Virus record (IMG/VR): IMGVR_UViG_3300044638_006592
Location: 1 to 63,613 of that record
Strand: one strand, 5' to 3'
Source of the DNA: a virus
Lineage: Duplodnaviria > Caudoviricetes
DNA length: 63,613 bases
Shown here in pieces: positions 37,400-46,369 of the stretch (position 1 is the first letter of the stretch; each line of letters begins with the position of its first letter). A program made the position numbers and the translations under genes. Below the pieces are notes generated by a model. The model saw only the letters and a program-made list of their open reading frames with translations. It ran no database searches and was not told the origin of the DNA.

Positions 37400-37606
37400 A
37401 TGGAAGAAATAACTAACAAAAGATTAGTGTTTAACGCTGATGAAATAAAAGAAATAATAAAAGAACACTTAAAATCAAAAGGTGTTGATGTACAAATAAT
37501 AGAATTTTTTGGTACAACTTTAAATTATGTAAATAGAGATGATTACATGGGTGAACCAAAATTTAATCTAAAAACAGTTGTTTGTCAAAGCTATAATAAA
37601 GAATAA
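37400..37606 (+). CDS. Cassette 6 hypothetical protein
   Basis: 68 aa ORF. Confidence 0.55.
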   Translation: MEEITNKRLVFNADEIKEIIKEHLKSKGVDVQIIEFFGTTLNYVNRDDYMGEPKFNLKTVVCQSYNKE

Positions 37607-37834
37607 ATGGAAGAAATTTACACAAACATCATTCATCATAAACCAGTCCCAATCACTGAGTTTAAACCAACATCACCAATGATGAACCCAATTACTTATG
37701 AATTAATTAACCCAGAAGCTTGGGAAGATGGGTTGTATTTATCACCAAATTTAATGGATGAAAACTTTTCAATAAATATGGTATTTGAGGTAAAGGATAA
37801 AAAAGTGGTTAGGGTATATAAATCGAAGGCATGA
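37607..37834 (+). CDS. Cassette 6 hypothetical protein
   Basis: 75 aa ORF abutting the previous stop. Confidence 0.55.
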   Translation: MEEIYTNIIHHKPVPITEFKPTSPMMNPITYELINPEAWEDGLYLSPNLMDENFSINMVFEVKDKKVVRVYKSKA

Positions 37835-37848
37835 TGTAGTATTGGTGC

Positions 37849-37896
37849 TAACGTATGATGATAAACAATCGTTTTAATGTTGTTTATCATTTGTTA
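37849..37896. repeat. attC-like hairpin site (48 bp)
   Basis: TAACGTATGATG...TTTGTTA. Confidence 0.85.
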
Positions 37897-37953
37897 TACA
37901 CAGTATTTTGTGTGGTGGGTTGATATTAACAAAATAAATTAGTATTTTAGTAA

Positions 37954-38358
37954 ATGAAAATAGAAATACCTTTATATAATATTAAAGTTAAGTTTTACTT
38001 TGATTATGATTTAAGTAAACCAATTAATAAGATAAAGAAAAAACATAAAAAGAAAAAACTTTATAAAATAGGTGAAATTGATTTTAATGGAATTGTTATC
38101 GGAGAGTTTATACCAAAGAAAAAGTTGGTTTATGTGTTAGTAAATAGAACCGATAAAGGTATTTGTGTCGATACTTTAACTCACGAAATATATCATTTGA
38201 CTTCTAAAATTATGAAATATAATGGTTTTAAGTTTAAGAAAAGTGATGAACCTTTTGCGATATTAAATGGGAAATTAAATTCAATGATTATTGGTAAATT
38301 AATAAAAAAGGGTAAGAAATTAGATTACCCAACAACTAAACAAATAAAAATAAAATGA
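37954..38358 (+). CDS. Cassette 7 HExxH protein
   Basis: TLTHEIYH...DEPFA. Confidence 0.6.
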   Translation: MKIEIPLYNIKVKFYFDYDLSKPINKIKKKHKKKKLYKIGEIDFNGIVIGEFIPKKKLVYVLVNRTDKGICVDTLTHEIYHLTSKIMKYNGFKFKKSDEPFAILNGKLNSMIIGKLIKKGKKLDYPTTKQIKIK

Positions 38359-38627
38359 TAAAAATGATAAAACAAGAATGTTCATCATTACTATTAAACA
38401 TGAGTGATGAACAAATAAATGAGTTAATAAAAATAAGTAAGGAAGATTTAATTGAATCTAAAGGTACTTTTGATGAAGACACACTTTACCAATTATCATT
38501 GTCTAATGTAAAATTACATTGGGCTAGATTTATTAGACAATACTCAAATAACCCACTTAATAAAATAATTGATGTTGATAAGATTATCAACGAGGAAACG
38601 TTAAACGTTAAAACTTTATTAAAATAA
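38355..38627 (+). CDS. Cassette 7 hypothetical protein
   Basis: 90 aa ORF. Confidence 0.5.
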   Translation: MIKMIKQECSSLLLNMSDEQINELIKISKEDLIESKGTFDEDTLYQLSLSNVKLHWARFIRQYSNNPLNKIIDVDKIINEETLNVKTLLK

Positions 38628-38628
38628 T

Positions 38629-38778
38629 ATGAGTGATTTAATTTATTTATTCAATTGTTGGTGGAAAACAGTAATTAGAGGAAACCCCAATAAACGGTCA
38701 TTTTTGATTTTTTCAAAAATGTTACGATTAGAAATAGAATGTTTGTTATATACTGGTAGATTTACATCTGAAATTTAG
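38629..38778 (+). CDS. Cassette 7 49 aa protein (not in ORF track)
   Basis: MSDLIYLFNCWWK...FTSEI, starting 2 nt after the previous stop. Confidence 0.4.
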   Translation: MSDLIYLFNCWWKTVIRGNPNKRSFLIFSKMLRLEIECLLYTGRFTSEI

Positions 38779-38791
38779 TGCGATGGATGAA

Positions 38792-38838
38792 AAAATATTG
38801 TGTATAACTATTTTATATAAACAGGTACCTTTAAACAA
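38792..38838. other. attI-like primary recombination site
   Basis: Cassette 7 end AAAATATTGTGTATAAC is not followed by the hairpin and lies ~30 bp upstream of the recombinase. Confidence 0.65.
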
Positions 38839-39651
38839 TTGATAATGAACGAAAAAGGTTTACCAACTTTAAAGATTTGTGAACAAAAGTTTAATTACTT
38901 AAATTACTCACCTCGAACCAAAGAGAACTATCTGAGTCATATAAGTAGGTTTATTACATCACAGACTAAATCCGCAACACACTTAAATTCCAAAGATTTT
39001 CAATCTTATTTGGATAACTATCAATTCACTTCTGTTTCTCAGCAAAACCAAGTGATTAATTCAATTAGATTTTTATACAAATTTGGATTGAATAAAAAAT
39101 ATGATAAAGTAAGTTTCAAAAGACCAAAATCAGAAAAGAAACTACCCAGAGTTATTGATGGTGAATTTATAAAAGAAAGATTATCTAAAATTGAAAATCT
39201 TAAACACAAAGCAATTTTAACCTTAACATATTCGGTTGGGCTAAGAGTATCAGAAATTGTTAATCTAAAGATTGAAGATATAGATTCCAAAAGAATGTTG
39301 ATTAATATCAAAAACGCAAAAGGTAGAAAAGATAGACTAGTCCCATTATCAAAAAATGTACTTAATCTACTAAGAGAGTATTTTAAAGAATATAGACCAA
39401 CAGAATATCTATTTAATGGTCAAACGATAAATCAATATTCTGTAAGAAGTTGTCAAGAAATTTATAAAAAATACATTGAATTGTCTGGACATATACATAC
39501 ATTAAGACATAGTTGTGCTACTAATCTATTAGAAAACGGAACTGACCTAAAAATAATACAGAAAATCTTAGGGCATTCAAGTGTTAAAACTACAGAAATA
39601 TATACTCATGTTTCCAATCAAATATTGTCAAGAGTAAATTTACCCATATAA
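38839..39651 (+). CDS. Tyrosine recombinase/integrase with N-terminal SAM-like domain
   Basis: YSPRTKENY; catalytic GLRVSE, KGRKDR, HTLRHS, LGHS, TEIYTH. Confidence 0.95.
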   Translation: MIMNEKGLPTLKICEQKFNYLNYSPRTKENYLSHISRFITSQTKSATHLNSKDFQSYLDNYQFTSVSQQNQVINSIRFLYKFGLNKKYDKVSFKRPKSEKKLPRVIDGEFIKERLSKIENLKHKAILTLTYSVGLRVSEIVNLKIEDIDSKRMLINIKNAKGRKDRLVPLSKNVLNLLREYFKEYRPTEYLFNGQTINQYSVRSCQEIYKKYIELSGHIHTLRHSCATNLLENGTDLKIIQKILGHSSVKTTEIYTHVSNQILSRVNLPI

Positions 39652-39684
39652 AATTTGGTAGTTTAAAAATTTATTTGTATCTTT

Positions 39685-39972
39685 GTGGTCATGAATATTA
39701 CACTGACACATAACATCAAAATCCAACACGAAAAGTTTGGAGTCCTTCTGAATGAAACATTTGTTGATTCAACACAATTTAAGTTGTTTCTAAAAATGGT
39801 TCAGGGTTGTTTGGAACTGAAAAACGATTTGACATTTTTCAATGGATATGATTTTTTAATTCATGTTCCCTTCAAACATTTAACAGAATCTATTATTTCT
39901 ACATCACCTGTTGAAAATTATCAACTTGCTGACCACATGAAAAGTAAAATAGAATCTTTAATCACTAAATAA
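39685..39972 (+). CDS. Hypothetical protein
   Basis: ORF after a TATCTTTG promoter. Confidence 0.55.
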   Translation: MVMNITLTHNIKIQHEKFGVLLNETFVDSTQFKLFLKMVQGCLELKNDLTFFNGYDFLIHVPFKHLTESIISTSPVENYQLADHMKSKIESLITK

Positions 39973-39978
39973 AAAAAT

Positions 39979-40182
39979 ATGGGATTCTCAATTATTTTAA
40001 TTGCAATTATTTTGTATGTTTTATTCAAAAACATTATTAATTTCGTTAGATTTATTTTTTTTATATTCATTGCGTTTATCCTAATGATTGGTATTATTTT
40101 AGGTAGAGGATGTTCCAATATGGGTAATACAAATGAAAAAAATAACACAGTACAAGTTGACACTTTATCAAAAAATGTTTAA
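39979..40182 (+). CDS. Small membrane protein
   Basis: Two hydrophobic segments. Confidence 0.5.
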   Translation: MGFSIILIAIILYVLFKNIINFVRFIFFIFIAFILMIGIILGRGCSNMGNTNEKNNTVQVDTLSKNV

Positions 40183-40191
40183 ACTTGAAAT

Positions 40192-40389
40192 ATGAATAAC
40201 ATTATTAAAATCGTATTTTTTTGGATTATTTTACTAGTAACATTCGGACTATTTGCCGAGTATTGTATTAATCGAGAAGTTCCATTATTAATCACAGGGT
40301 CAGTCTTATTCATTTATGGGTGGGTATTTATGATTCTTTTAAAATATTCTGTAAACAATTTAATAAACAATAAAAAAAACAAACAATGA
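40192..40389 (+). CDS. Small membrane protein
   Basis: Two TM segments, upstream of the SPFH gene. Confidence 0.5.
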   Translation: MNNIIKIVFFWIILLVTFGLFAEYCINREVPLLITGSVLFIYGWVFMILLKYSVNNLINNKKNKQ

Positions 40390-41333
40390 TTGGACTTTCA
40401 ATTTTTATTTTAGGGCTGGTTTCTGCAGCTATTGTTTCAATTTCTACAAAATCGGACATGATTAAAGTAACACAAACTCGTTCAGGTACTGAAGAGGATT
40501 TTAACCCAAAATGGCTGATTACACCGATTAGTATATTATTATTATCAATTTTAGTATCAATTATTCAACCTTATAAACTTGAACGTGTTGACGCTGGACA
40601 TATTGGTATCAAGGTTAATTTGGTTGGTAATGAACGTGGTGTTTCTGATTATACATACAAAACAGGTTGGGTTGTATATAATACTTGGACAGAAAATCTG
40701 TTCGAATTCCCAACATATCAACAACATATTGATTATGGGGCTCAATCGGTTATTACAAAAGGTGGGTTTAACGCAACAATTAAACCATCATTTAACTACT
40801 CATTAGTTCCAAATGCTGTTGGTGATATGTTTGTAAATTTACGACTATCAATTAAGGAAGTTGAACAAGGATGGTTAATGACAGCAATTGTTGGTTCAGT
40901 GAATGACGTGGCAAATAAATGGAATGTTGATTCGATTTTCAATAATAGAGAACAATTTGAAGCGGCAATAATTCAAGAATGTAATAAACGTGTGTCTAAA
41001 TGGTTTGTTATTTCTCAATTAAGGACAAACATAACACCTCCTGAAGAATTACAAAAATCAATAATAGATAAGACACAAGCAATACAAGAAGTACAGGTTG
41101 CGGAAAACCAAAAGAAAGTTGCTGAAGCTGAAGCGGATAGAAAAATAGCAGTTGCTAAAGGTGATAGTGCTCAATTAGTTATCGGGGCAAAGGCTGAAGC
41201 GGAAGCGTTTAAAATAAAGCAACAACAATTGACACCTCTATATGTTGAATATTTGAAAATTCAAAAGTGGGATGGAAGTCTACCATCAACAGTTCTTGGG
41301 AACTCGAATGGTGTGATGGTTAATATGAAATAA
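40386..41333 (+). CDS. SPFH/band 7 domain membrane protein
   Basis: ERVDAGHIGIKVNL, AEAEA coiled coil, KWDGSLP. Confidence 0.9.
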   Translation: MIGLSIFILGLVSAAIVSISTKSDMIKVTQTRSGTEEDFNPKWLITPISILLLSILVSIIQPYKLERVDAGHIGIKVNLVGNERGVSDYTYKTGWVVYNTWTENLFEFPTYQQHIDYGAQSVITKGGFNATIKPSFNYSLVPNAVGDMFVNLRLSIKEVEQGWLMTAIVGSVNDVANKWNVDSIFNNREQFEAAIIQECNKRVSKWFVISQLRTNITPPEELQKSIIDKTQAIQEVQVAENQKKVAEAEADRKIAVAKGDSAQLVIGAKAEAEAFKIKQQQLTPLYVEYLKIQKWDGSLPSTVLGNSNGVMVNMK

Positions 41334-41390
41334 CTAGTTTCCTTGTGTCAAATAACAAGGTGGTGGAGCAACTGACGTAAGTCGGTCCCA

Positions 41391-41417
41391 AGGGAAACGA
41401 GAGTTTCCCTTTTTTTA
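41391..41417 (+). terminator. Rho-independent terminator
   Basis: AGGGAAAC-GAGA-GTTTCCCT then a T tract. Confidence 0.8.
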
Positions 41418-41419
41418 TT

Positions 41420-41647
41420 TTGTACTATATTTTGGTTATGTATAAAAAAACAAAGAAGAGAACGCTTATAAAATCAATATTTTGGAGACTATTGGCAACA
41501 ATAAATAGCTATTTTATTTTGATTTTATTCACTCATTCCAATAATCTGCACAAAGCAATTTTCATGAATATAACAGGTTTTATTATGTTCTTTGGATATG
41601 AAAGGATTTGGAACATAATAAAGTGGGGAAAATATGGTAGAGAGTAA
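41420..41647 (+). CDS. DUF2061-like small membrane protein
   Basis: RTLIKSIFWRLLAT...YERIWNIIKWG. Confidence 0.7.
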   Translation: MYYILVMYKKTKKRTLIKSIFWRLLATINSYFILILFTHSNNLHKAIFMNITGFIMFFGYERIWNIIKWGKYGRE

Positions 41648-41667
41648 TATTTATAATAAAACACACC

Positions 41668-41973
41668 ATGAAAAATATCGTCATATCTGAAAAACAACTT
41701 GATACTTTAGTTAAGAAAATAAATGAGAACCATCAGGAAGGTTCATATATGTCAAAACAACAATTGTATACTATTGCGGTTTTGGCTTATAACATGTGGG
41801 AAAAAATGGAAGAAGGAGAACAACTTGAAGATTGGATGGAGACAAAGATTGCTCAAGCAGAACAAAGTATAGTTGGTGTTGCAAAAACATATATGTATAA
41901 CCAACTTACTGATGGTAATGAAAAAACTGGTATGGGTTCACTTAATTATGGAGACTTAGTTATCGGTAAATAA
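41668..41973 (+). CDS. Phage protein with MKNIVISE leader
   Basis: EGSYMSKQQL...QLEDWMETKI; ATATTTAT upstream. Confidence 0.6.
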   Translation: MKNIVISEKQLDTLVKKINENHQEGSYMSKQQLYTIAVLAYNMWEKMEEGEQLEDWMETKIAQAEQSIVGVAKTYMYNQLTDGNEKTGMGSLNYGDLVIGK

Positions 41974-42203
41974 TTTTACTTTATCGTTATTTTTTATTAT
42001 TCTTAAAAAAAAAGAATATGGAAAATACTATTAAGAAAAGTAAAGAATTAGAAATATTAGAATCAATCGTAAAATTGATTCAGGAAACACCAAATGATGG
42101 TGATTTAGGTAGAAAAATAAGAACAATATATACTATAACTGACCAATTCAAAATAGTTCCGTGATTTATTTGAAATTTATGATATTTATGATAAAACTCA
42201 AAC

Positions 42204-42653
42204 ATGGAAAATAAATTTAAAAAAGAATTATTTGAAGAAGTTAAACGAAGAGGTTTAATTGTAGAACAAAAATCAGAGGGGTTTGGTTTAAAAGAAATGG
42301 TATCTAAGTTATTTCATTCTGAAACTCAAGTACATATGTTTCATTTACAAACCAAATCACAATCATCATTCGCTGAACATATGGCATTAGGTGGTTATTA
42401 TGATGAGATTGGCGATAAATTAGACTCATTAATTGAAAGTTATCAAGGTAAATACGATATCGTTAAAGGTTATAAATCATATCCTTTTGATGATTATAAG
42501 AACGTTGAACAATTAATATCATACTTCAAAGAATTAGTTGATATGGTAACAACTAATAGAAAATCTATTAAAGAAAGTTATCTTCAAAACCAAATAGATG
42601 GAATCGAAGAATTGATTTATTCTACATTATACAAGTTAAGAAATTTAAAATAA
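42204..42653 (+). CDS. Ferritin/Dps-like phage protein (DUF5856-like)
   Basis: HMFHLQT...AEHMALGGYYD...ESYQGKY...LYKLRNL. Confidence 0.75.
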   Translation: MENKFKKELFEEVKRRGLIVEQKSEGFGLKEMVSKLFHSETQVHMFHLQTKSQSSFAEHMALGGYYDEIGDKLDSLIESYQGKYDIVKGYKSYPFDDYKNVEQLISYFKELVDMVTTNRKSIKESYLQNQIDGIEELIYSTLYKLRNLK

Positions 42654-42671
42654 TTACGTGTCCTTTAACCC

Positions 42672-43097
42672 GTGAATCCAAGACCCCACAGAAATGTGGG
42701 GTTTTTTATTTTTAAGATATTTATGTATATGAATTATCAAATAAAAAAGGAGCAATTACAGAGTATTTTTGATTCTATGATGAAGGAATTTGAAAATCTT
42801 GAGTACACTGATAGAAGTTATGATTATTGGGATTCTTTAAAATCACGATATGTTGATGATAATGTGACAAATTTCTATAAAAATATTGATGAAGATTATG
42901 ATGATGATAATTGGATTTTCCAATATCAAAACACACCTGGTGATTCCGCCACAAAATATGAAGTTCCTGTATTAAGATGTTCTGAATATTATGTAAAAAC
43001 TATAATAACAATATTTCAAGACAATTGGGGTGACTTAATGAAAGAGTGGTTCAAAAAAAAATATGGTTTATATGTGAATCATGTTAGAACTTACTAA
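42672..43097 (+). CDS. Phage protein, WFxxKY-tail family
   Basis: Likely start MNYQIKKE; C-terminal MKEWFKKKYGL. Confidence 0.6.
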   Translation: MNPRPHRNVGFFIFKIFMYMNYQIKKEQLQSIFDSMMKEFENLEYTDRSYDYWDSLKSRYVDDNVTNFYKNIDEDYDDDNWIFQYQNTPGDSATKYEVPVLRCSEYYVKTIITIFQDNWGDLMKEWFKKKYGLYVNHVRTY

Positions 43098-43115
43098 ATC
43101 GATATATTTATAGAT

Positions 43116-44051
43116 ATGAAATTATTTATTAAAAGAATTTTGAAGGAAATATATGAAAGTGAAACGAATCCACTTTCAGAAAAAGAAATACGTTTATTTA
43201 AGTATCTTAACACTCACAAGAAGGAACATAGTACTCAATCTAAGATGTTAGATTTAATAAAAACAATGATGCCCTTCATTGGTAGACCTACAGATGAAGC
43301 TAGATTTTATTATGAAGTTTATACTGCGAATTACAGACCTGATGGTGATTATGAAAATATAGACAAATCAACATTTAAAGACTATAGACAATTCAAACAA
43401 AGAAGAACACCTAACAATAATGCTTATAACTATACAAGTGGTAAAATACCTTTTAGAGGTTCGAATTTAGAGGGTTATTGGGATGTTAATAATAATGGAG
43501 ACTGGTATTATGTTGTTACTTCATATAATTGGTACCCAATATTTTTATTTATAAATGGTCAATGGTATAGAGTAAGTAACTCTTACTCATCCTCAACAGG
43601 GAAACATTTATCAGGGTCAAATCCTGTAAGATGGAACTCAGAGATAAAGGCGGATGTTATTATGGTTACACCTGAAGAAATCAAGAACATTCGTGATGGT
43701 AAGGACATGGGAACAATTAAAACAAGTCGAGTACAGAACTTCATGACTAAGTTTTCAAAAAGTCTCATAGGAACAACTAAAATGATTAGTATTGGTTGGT
43801 ATGACGATAGAAAAAAAGTTAAATACACGATTACTGATATTAAACAGGACGGTGAAAAAATAGTAATTTATATTAAAATATTGAAAGCTGGTAAAGTAGT
43901 TGATGGTAAAATGGAGGTAAATCCTGATGGTTACATACATCCAAGTCCATTCTCAGAAAGTATAGAACAAGGTATTAAAGAAAGGATAATTAGAGATAAT
44001 AGTGATTACCTTAAAGAAGATAATACCGAATTCATTTTCAATCATTTATAA
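43116..44051 (+). CDS. Phage protein with KRILKE leader
   Basis: YVVTSYNWYPIF...YSSSTGKH; ATATTTAT upstream. Confidence 0.6.
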   Translation: MKLFIKRILKEIYESETNPLSEKEIRLFKYLNTHKKEHSTQSKMLDLIKTMMPFIGRPTDEARFYYEVYTANYRPDGDYENIDKSTFKDYRQFKQRRTPNNNAYNYTSGKIPFRGSNLEGYWDVNNNGDWYYVVTSYNWYPIFLFINGQWYRVSNSYSSSTGKHLSGSNPVRWNSEIKADVIMVTPEEIKNIRDGKDMGTIKTSRVQNFMTKFSKSLIGTTKMISIGWYDDRKKVKYTITDIKQDGEKIVIYIKILKAGKVVDGKMEVNPDGYIHPSPFSESIEQGIKERIIRDNSDYLKEDNTEFIFNHL

Positions 44052-44119
44052 AAAAAACCATCTTTTATTTTGTTATTTCGGAAATTAATTGTATCTTTGT
44101 TTTACTAAACAACAGAGAT

Positions 44120-44857
44120 ATGACCACCAATAACACACTCTCAAAAGTAAGAAACTACCAAGGAACAAATTCATTCATCTTGAATTTAAAGCAATCTTTA
44201 TCTAAATTTGGGGGATTAACTCCGAGACAGATGGAGGCTGCCGAGAAAGTATTGATATCTACCACAGAAGTAAAAATAGATGAACTTTCTGAGGATATGC
44301 AAAAAATTGCAAAATATGACGGACCTAATACATTTATTAATGACATAAAGTCAAAACTAATGAAGTATGGCACTTTGACTGAAAATCAAGTTCGAGCATC
44401 CCTTAATCAAATACAGAAAGACGAGAACAAAAAGAACACTCATAAGATGAACATACCTACAATTGGGGAGACAATCAAGGTTGGACGTGGAATTGGAGAA
44501 AGACTTAAAGAAACCTATGGTTTGAAATTCAATCCTATTCTTCTTGATATCACTAAGGTTTTGGGAGTATCTCCTAAAGCAGTTAAGTTTGAGGCAAAAC
44601 TAACTGAAAAACGTGGTAAAGTATGTTGTGTATGTGCAAGAACTCTGACTGATGAACTTTCTATGTTGAGTGGTGTTGGTAAATTGTGTTCTGAACACGT
44701 TGGTGTTCCATATCTTAAAGATAAGTCACAAGCGGAGACTTTCCGTCAAGAGTATCTCAAACGTATTGAGGAAATCGGTACTATGGAAGTATGGGTTCCT
44801 AAATCACAGATTAAAATTTGGGATGGTAATACAGAAATAATACTAAAAATGATATAA
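44120..44857 (+). CDS. Protein with DUF6011-like zinc finger
   Basis: CCVCARTLTDELS...GVGKLC; duplicated FIxxLK...GxLTxxQ unit. Confidence 0.65.
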   Translation: MTTNNTLSKVRNYQGTNSFILNLKQSLSKFGGLTPRQMEAAEKVLISTTEVKIDELSEDMQKIAKYDGPNTFINDIKSKLMKYGTLTENQVRASLNQIQKDENKKNTHKMNIPTIGETIKVGRGIGERLKETYGLKFNPILLDITKVLGVSPKAVKFEAKLTEKRGKVCCVCARTLTDELSMLSGVGKLCSEHVGVPYLKDKSQAETFRQEYLKRIEEIGTMEVWVPKSQIKIWDGNTEIILKMI

Positions 44858-45272
44858 AAATGGTAAATCAAGTTAAAACAATTGATTGGTATAATGATAT
44901 ACCACCAGGTTCGGTTATTCATGTTGAAAAAGAACTAAAAACTAAATATATTGGAATTTGGGCTAATTGTTTTGGGTCTTATAAAGTAAAAATTGAAAAA
45001 AAGTTCTGTATTATTTTGGAGAATAAATAATTTTTTGTATCTTTGTATTCACAATTACTAACCAACACAAAAAACAAAGTTATGAAAAAGGTAGAAATCA
45101 CAATTCAGGAGATATGGATGGCGACAAGACCATCAATAAGAAAGAGTAAAAAAAACTATACCCGTAAAGACAAACACAAGAAAAAGTTTGACTAGTCAAT
45201 ACTATCGACTTATTTAAAAATTTGTAAACTATCCACAGATATACTTTGTTGGATAGTTTTTTTATGGGTTTA

Positions 45273-45947
45273 TTAAAATTCGGAGTAAAAAACTTGACCA
45301 ATTTGAACTTCGTCTTCGTTATGTTCGTAAAAATGTAATTCTACCTTACCATTACTCATAAACATAAATTCACCATGTGAACCTTCATTTATTTCCCATC
45401 CACCATAAAAACCTCCTAACCAATTGTATAGAAAACTTAAAACATCTTTTTCTAAATCGGTTTCAAATTCTCCATCAAATTCAATCTTATTATATATTTC
45501 ACCGGAGTCACCACCACCATCAAATTTAACAATACCTACTTTGAACCCATCCTCTCTCATTTCGTTAAAAAATTCAGACCAATTCTCATCTTCATTCAAT
45601 TCTTTTTCATCGTATAAATCATTTGAACCGAATTGATATTCAGTTCTTGTTATCTCTATTTTTTTTTCTTTACAATCAATATTGATTCTTAACTGACCAT
45701 TATTATCGCAGTCAACTTCACCTTCAATAGGTAAATCATTTTCTTCTATTATTTCTTTAATTACCTCATTAATACGGTCATATCCTTCAATTAGATTTCC
45801 AAAACCTTTTTGCCAATAATTTTCGTAATAATTTATTTCACAATTTTCAACATATTGATATTGTGAAACTTCCTCGGCACCATAACCCATACAGTAATGT
45901 GCGAATAATTTTAATGATTTAATTTGTTCTTCTGTTAAAGTATTCAT
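45273..45947 (-). CDS. DUF6878-like protein
   Basis: FDGGGDSGEI...GWEINEGSHGEF. Confidence 0.6.
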   Translation of the reverse strand: MNTLTEEQIKSLKLFAHYCMGYGAEEVSQYQYVENCEINYYENYWQKGFGNLIEGYDRINEVIKEIIEENDLPIEGEVDCDNNGQLRINIDCKEKKIEITRTEYQFGSNDLYDEKELNEDENWSEFFNEMREDGFKVGIVKFDGGGDSGEIYNKIEFDGEFETDLEKDVLSFLYNWLGGFYGGWEINEGSHGEFMFMSNGKVELHFYEHNEDEVQIGQVFYSEF

Positions 45948-45961
45948 ATGTAATAAATATT

Positions 45962-46312
45962 CTAATCAATATTTAAATCCAGTGTTCTCATCATCCAAAC
46001 AGGTTTTTCTTTTGCTTGAATAGCATCAACCCATTCTCTTGCGGTTGGGATATAATTATAACAATCTTCTTTTACATGTTGTTCACCTAAGTATCTGGTA
46101 TAAACTACTTTTCCATCTGAATTGGTGAAATGAGTCCCAAACTTTTGTTCACATTCAAAAATACCTTCGGAATGATGTCTTATTATTCTATGGTAAGAAT
46201 GTGGAATCCAACCCTTAGTATCATCAAACCATTGATGAATATGAATATAATCTTCCCATTTTCCACCAAATTTTTTGGCTGAAGATTTTGAATGTAAAAT
46301 TGGATGTGACAT
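45962..46312 (-). CDS. DUF6915-like protein
   Basis: MSHPILHSKSSAKKFGG...IHQWFD...HHSEGIFECE...GEQHVKED. Confidence 0.7.
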   Translation of the reverse strand: MSHPILHSKSSAKKFGGKWEDYIHIHQWFDDTKGWIPHSYHRIIRHHSEGIFECEQKFGTHFTNSDGKVVYTRYLGEQHVKEDCYNYIPTAREWVDAIQAKEKPVWMMRTLDLNID

Positions 46313-46369
46313 ATGATTTAAAAATAATAATTATTTTCATTTGATAAATAGAAAAATTTTGGATATTTA

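Larger units (their letters stand above)
33642..39651. mobile_element. Integron-like gene cassette array with tyrosine recombinase
   Basis: Repeated TAAC...GTTA hairpin sites, cassettes with complementary ends, terminal hairpin-less site next to the recombinase. Confidence 0.85.

Noticed and set aside
35154-37896. The 48 bp repeats as a CRISPR array, REP elements or terminators
   Set aside because: Spacing is 0.2-1 kb with whole genes between; there is no GC stem plus T tract; cassette-specific end complementarity is not explained by those classes
41361-41400. Hammerhead ribozyme or SAM-I riboswitch
   Set aside because: CTGACGT does not fit the CUGANGA core and the remaining S-box elements are absent
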